Positions 61,004 to 64,000 of a stretch of DNA of 64,000 nucleotides are shown in pieces. The stretch spans positions 480,001 through 544,000 of the forward strand of contig OY968769.1 in assembly GCA_963695345.1 (NCBI GenBank), written 5' to 3'. The translations under genes were made by a program, and so were the position numbers. The notes under the pieces are model-generated. The model was not told where the DNA came from and ran no database searches. It was given only the letters and a program-made list of their open reading frames with translations. The stretch's first letter is position 1; each line of letters starts with the position of its first letter. The DNA comes from an uncultured Methanomassiliicoccales archaeon (GTDB lineage: Archaea > Thermoplasmatota > Thermoplasmata > Methanomassiliicoccales > UBA472).

Positions 61004-62718
61004 ATGAAGACCCTTTACATTCACGCCGATTACATGGAGTACGAGACCAAGAAGCCTACTCCAGTGGCCGAGAAGGATATCCCCGAGGACAGCACAAGGG
61101 CCGAGCCGAGGAAGTGCTCGTCGCATTCACGACGGTCGAGAAGCAGGACCAGGAAAGTCTGGATGAGGTTGCCGACCTGGCAGTGAAGAGCCTGCTGGAA
61201 ATACTGACGAAGGTCAAGGCGGAAAGGGTGATGCTCTACCCCTACGCACACCTTTCATCGGAGCTTTCCGATCCGGAGTCAGGAAAGAAGATGCTGAGGA
61301 CGATGGAGGCCATGCCTCAAGGAAAAGGGGGTGGAGGTATCCCGGGCTCCCTTCGGCTGGTACAAGGCGTTCAAGATAAGCTGCAAAGGGCATCCGCTCT
61401 CCGAGCTGTCCAGAGAGATCAGGATCGCACCGAAGAAAGCAGAACAGACGGAACAGATCGACAACATCGCCCTGCTGAAACAGATCTCCAAGGCCAAACT
61501 GAGCAAGGATAACCTGAAGGACAACGACCATCGGATCCTGGGGCAGAAACTGGACCTGTTCAGCTTCTACGACGTCGCCCCGGGAATGGTGTTCTGGCAC
61601 GCCAAGGGGCTGATCATCAGGAACGCCCTGATCGATTTCTGGAGGGACGAGCACCGCAAGGCCGGATACCAGGAGATCAAGACCCCCCAGATCATGAGCG
61701 ACATCCTTTGGAAGGTGTCCGGTCACTGGGAACACTACAAGGACAACATCTTTCTCACCAGCTATGACCAGACCGGCAATTCTGTGCCAAACCGATGAAC
61801 TGCCCGGGCGGCATACTGGTGTTCAACAGCAGGGAGAGGAGCTACCGGGAGCTGCCACTGCGCATGTCGGAGCTCGGCGAGGTCCACCGGGTGGAACTGT
61901 CCGGTGTGCTTTCCGGCCTGTTCAGAGTCATCCAGTTCACCCAGGATGATGCGCACGTCTATTGCATGGAAGAACAGCTGGAGAGCGAGATCAACGCCAT
62001 CATCAGCCTCATCGACAAGTTCTACAAGCTGTTCGGTTTCCAATACCGCATGGAGCTGTCCACAAAGCCGGAGAACTCGATGGGGGATCCGCTGCTGTGG
62101 GAAAAGGCAGAAAGCACCTTGAAAAAAGTGCTCGATGGCAGGAACGTCACATACGAGATCAACGCCGGGGACGGCGCCTTCTATGGACCGAAGATCGATT
62201 TCAAGATCAGGGACTCGCTGAACCGGGAATGGCAGACGGCGACCATCCAGCTGGATTTCCAGATGCCTGAGAGGTTCCAGATAAAGTACGCAGGGGATGA
62301 CGGGAGGATGCACCAACCGATCATGCTGCACAGGACCATCTACGGTTCGCTGGAACGGTTCATGGGCATCCTGTTGGAGCACGTGAACGGCAATCTGCCG
62401 GTCTGGCTTGCACCGGTCCAGGTCCGGGTCATTTCGTTCAGGGAGAGCAACGCCAAGTCCTCGGAAGCGGTCTATCAGAGGCTCTTCGACCTCGGATACC
62501 GGGTGGAACTGGACCTCAGCCCGGGGACGGTCGAGGGCAAGATCAGGGACGCGGAGATGCAGAAGATCCCCTACATCATCGTGATGGGGGACAAGGAAGA
62601 GCAGTCCAACACCCTGGCGATAAGACGTCACGGAACCAAAGGAGCGAAGTTCGGCGTCAAGCTGGAAGATTTCGAGGGGCAGCTGGCCGAAGAATGCCGG
62701 ATGAAACAACTTAACTAA
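61004..62718 (+). CDS. thrS: Threonine--tRNA ligase; three apparent frameshifts (near 61092, 61317, 61769)
   Basis: Archaeal editing domain ([37 protein letters not shown]), then [39 protein letters not shown]. Confidence 0.92.
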
Positions 62719-62966
62719 TCCTTTTCCCAGAATTTTTCTGTAAGAACTTGCAGGATGGCCCAGCTAGTCGGCGTGCGACCGAAAGGCCGTCCCTTCTCGG
62801 AACGAATTGAGTCGATGAACGCCCTAATCGATATGAAAAGCCGAGCGATGTGAAAGAAAGGGACACGAACGATGTGTGGACCTCGACCACTCGCTTTGAA
62901 ATAAATAGGATACGGGAATGTTCGATCATTCCCTGTTCGTTTTCAGCCCTTGTTTCCCAACTGTGC

Positions 62967-63566
62967 CTACCGCAGGTTGATCAATGCCGTGCTATAGAGG
63001 GAGGGGGTTGTGAAGCCGACCGTTGTCGAGGACCCGTATGACGGGATGATCTTGAGAGTGGCCGTGGACGTGTATCCCAGGGTCAGTCCGGTTATGCTGA
63101 CGGTGACCAGGTCTCCCTGTGAGACCACGCGGTTGTTACCGGTCCATAGGGACGCCGATCCGGTGGTGTTCGCCCCATACTTCGAATCGGCCACTGCACC
63201 GCTTGCGGTGGCAGACCCGGCGGCGAAGCCCAACAGGGCGTTGCTGTTGGAAGTGATCACCTGAATTGAGACCAAGTTCATGTTGACGTTAGGACTTCCG
63301 GCCTGGAGCCTTATCTGGATGGTGAGATCGGTGATCTGGGTATAGGCAGCGTTGACCGAACCGGTCACGTCCTGAACCACGAAACCGGAAGCGACGTTGT
63401 TGATCGCCTGGTCACCAGTGTTCTGGGCCTGTTCCCTTACTTTGTTGGCCGTTCCGATCAATACCGATGCCGCAACGGCCGCTATGAGGATCATGGCGAT
63501 GAAAATGATCATTGTTCCAACGCCCATCTCACCACTCCTGTTCCGCTTCAACCAGATCTTCTTCAT
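62967..63566 (-). CDS. flaB: Archaellin / class III prepilin-like protein
   Basis: Basic leader KRNRSG|EMGVGTMIIFIAMILIAAVAASVLI; ends in TAG. Confidence 0.85.
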   Translation of the reverse strand: MKKIWLKRNRSGEMGVGTMIIFIAMILIAAVAASVLIGTANKVREQAQNTGDQAINNVASGFVVQDVTGSVNAAYTQITDLTIQIRLQAGSPNVNMNLVSIQVITSNSNALLGFAAGSATASGAVADSKYGANTTGSASLWTGNNRVVSQGDLVTVSITGLTLGYTSTATLKIIPSYGSSTTVGFTTPSLYSTALINLR

Positions 63567-63942
63567 GATTTTCACCGTGTATGCGATGACCGCTAGCGTG
63601 CAAGCATCGGCTCGCTAGTACTTTGTCCTCATATCCGTTACCGCGAGGCGGCGTATATGTACCCAATAGTGCAAAATGTCATTATCGATATTGAGAAATT
63701 TGACAAGCGACCGGCGATCTGGCTCTCAATAGTGGGAATAGATTTATTCATTATCCAAAGCGGTAGATGAGGGTCTCACCGGGCGATATCCTTCATTGAC
63801 ATACCATGCAATAGCGGATTCCCCTGGAACCGTTTCCGTTCATGTGGTGCATATCATTCAAGGGAGTGCCCCTTGCGCGGCAGGTCAGAAAAAAAGGGAT
63901 AAAAAGAATGGGTTGAAATGGGTTTCAGGGACCGAGTTGGCC

Positions 63943-64000
63943 TCAATCCTTGCCGATGGCCGCGACCACCGCATCGCCCATCTCTGCCGTCGTCGCCTTG
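63943..64000 (-). CDS. C-terminus of an isocitrate/isopropylmalate dehydrogenase-family protein (partial)
   Basis: KATTAEMGDAVVAAIGKD-stop resembles the family's terminal helix. Confidence 0.55.
   Translation of the reverse strand, partial: KATTAEMGDAVVAAIGKD

Noticed and set aside
61004-62718. thrS, mtbB and the oxidoreductase as pseudogenes or programmed frameshifts
   Set aside because: Single-base indels without slippery sites in otherwise intact genes, one of them essential; sequence error is the simplest explanation.

Overview
Archaeal window, most consistent with a Methanomassiliicoccales methanogen (PylRS lacking the N-terminal domain, Methanomassiliicoccus-type tRNA-Pyl). About 5.6-31.4 kb is a methylamine/pyrrolysine cluster: two convergent mtmCB pairs, mtbC-mtbB-mtbP, an IS, a 5'-truncated second mtbB, mttB-mttC-mttP, pylT-pylS-pylBCD, ramA, an ACR3-like transporter and a hydantoinase-family gene. 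All five methyltransferase genes or fragments carry an in-frame TAG (Pyl), which splits them in the ORF track. Around the cluster are amtB-glnK, alkylation-repair genes (alkD, ogt, adaA), a small surface-protein module with a shared tandem operator-like motif, tRNA-Arg and tRNA-Thr, arg genes, thiD, three GT4 glycosyltransferases, thrS and an archaellin. Main observations: (1) all five Pyl codons share the context GG(C/A)-ATA-TAG-G, and no terminal TAG does; (2) the argG TAG stop is exactly in frame with argH; (3) a [GTTCGA-N7-ACCA-N4]x2 repeat precedes three exported-protein genes next to a wHTH regulator; (4) TAG stops are nearly absent inside the Pyl cluster but common outside. Many single-base frameshifts, including in essential thrS, are probably sequencing or assembly errors. 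All family assignments come from recognising motifs by eye, not from database searches.
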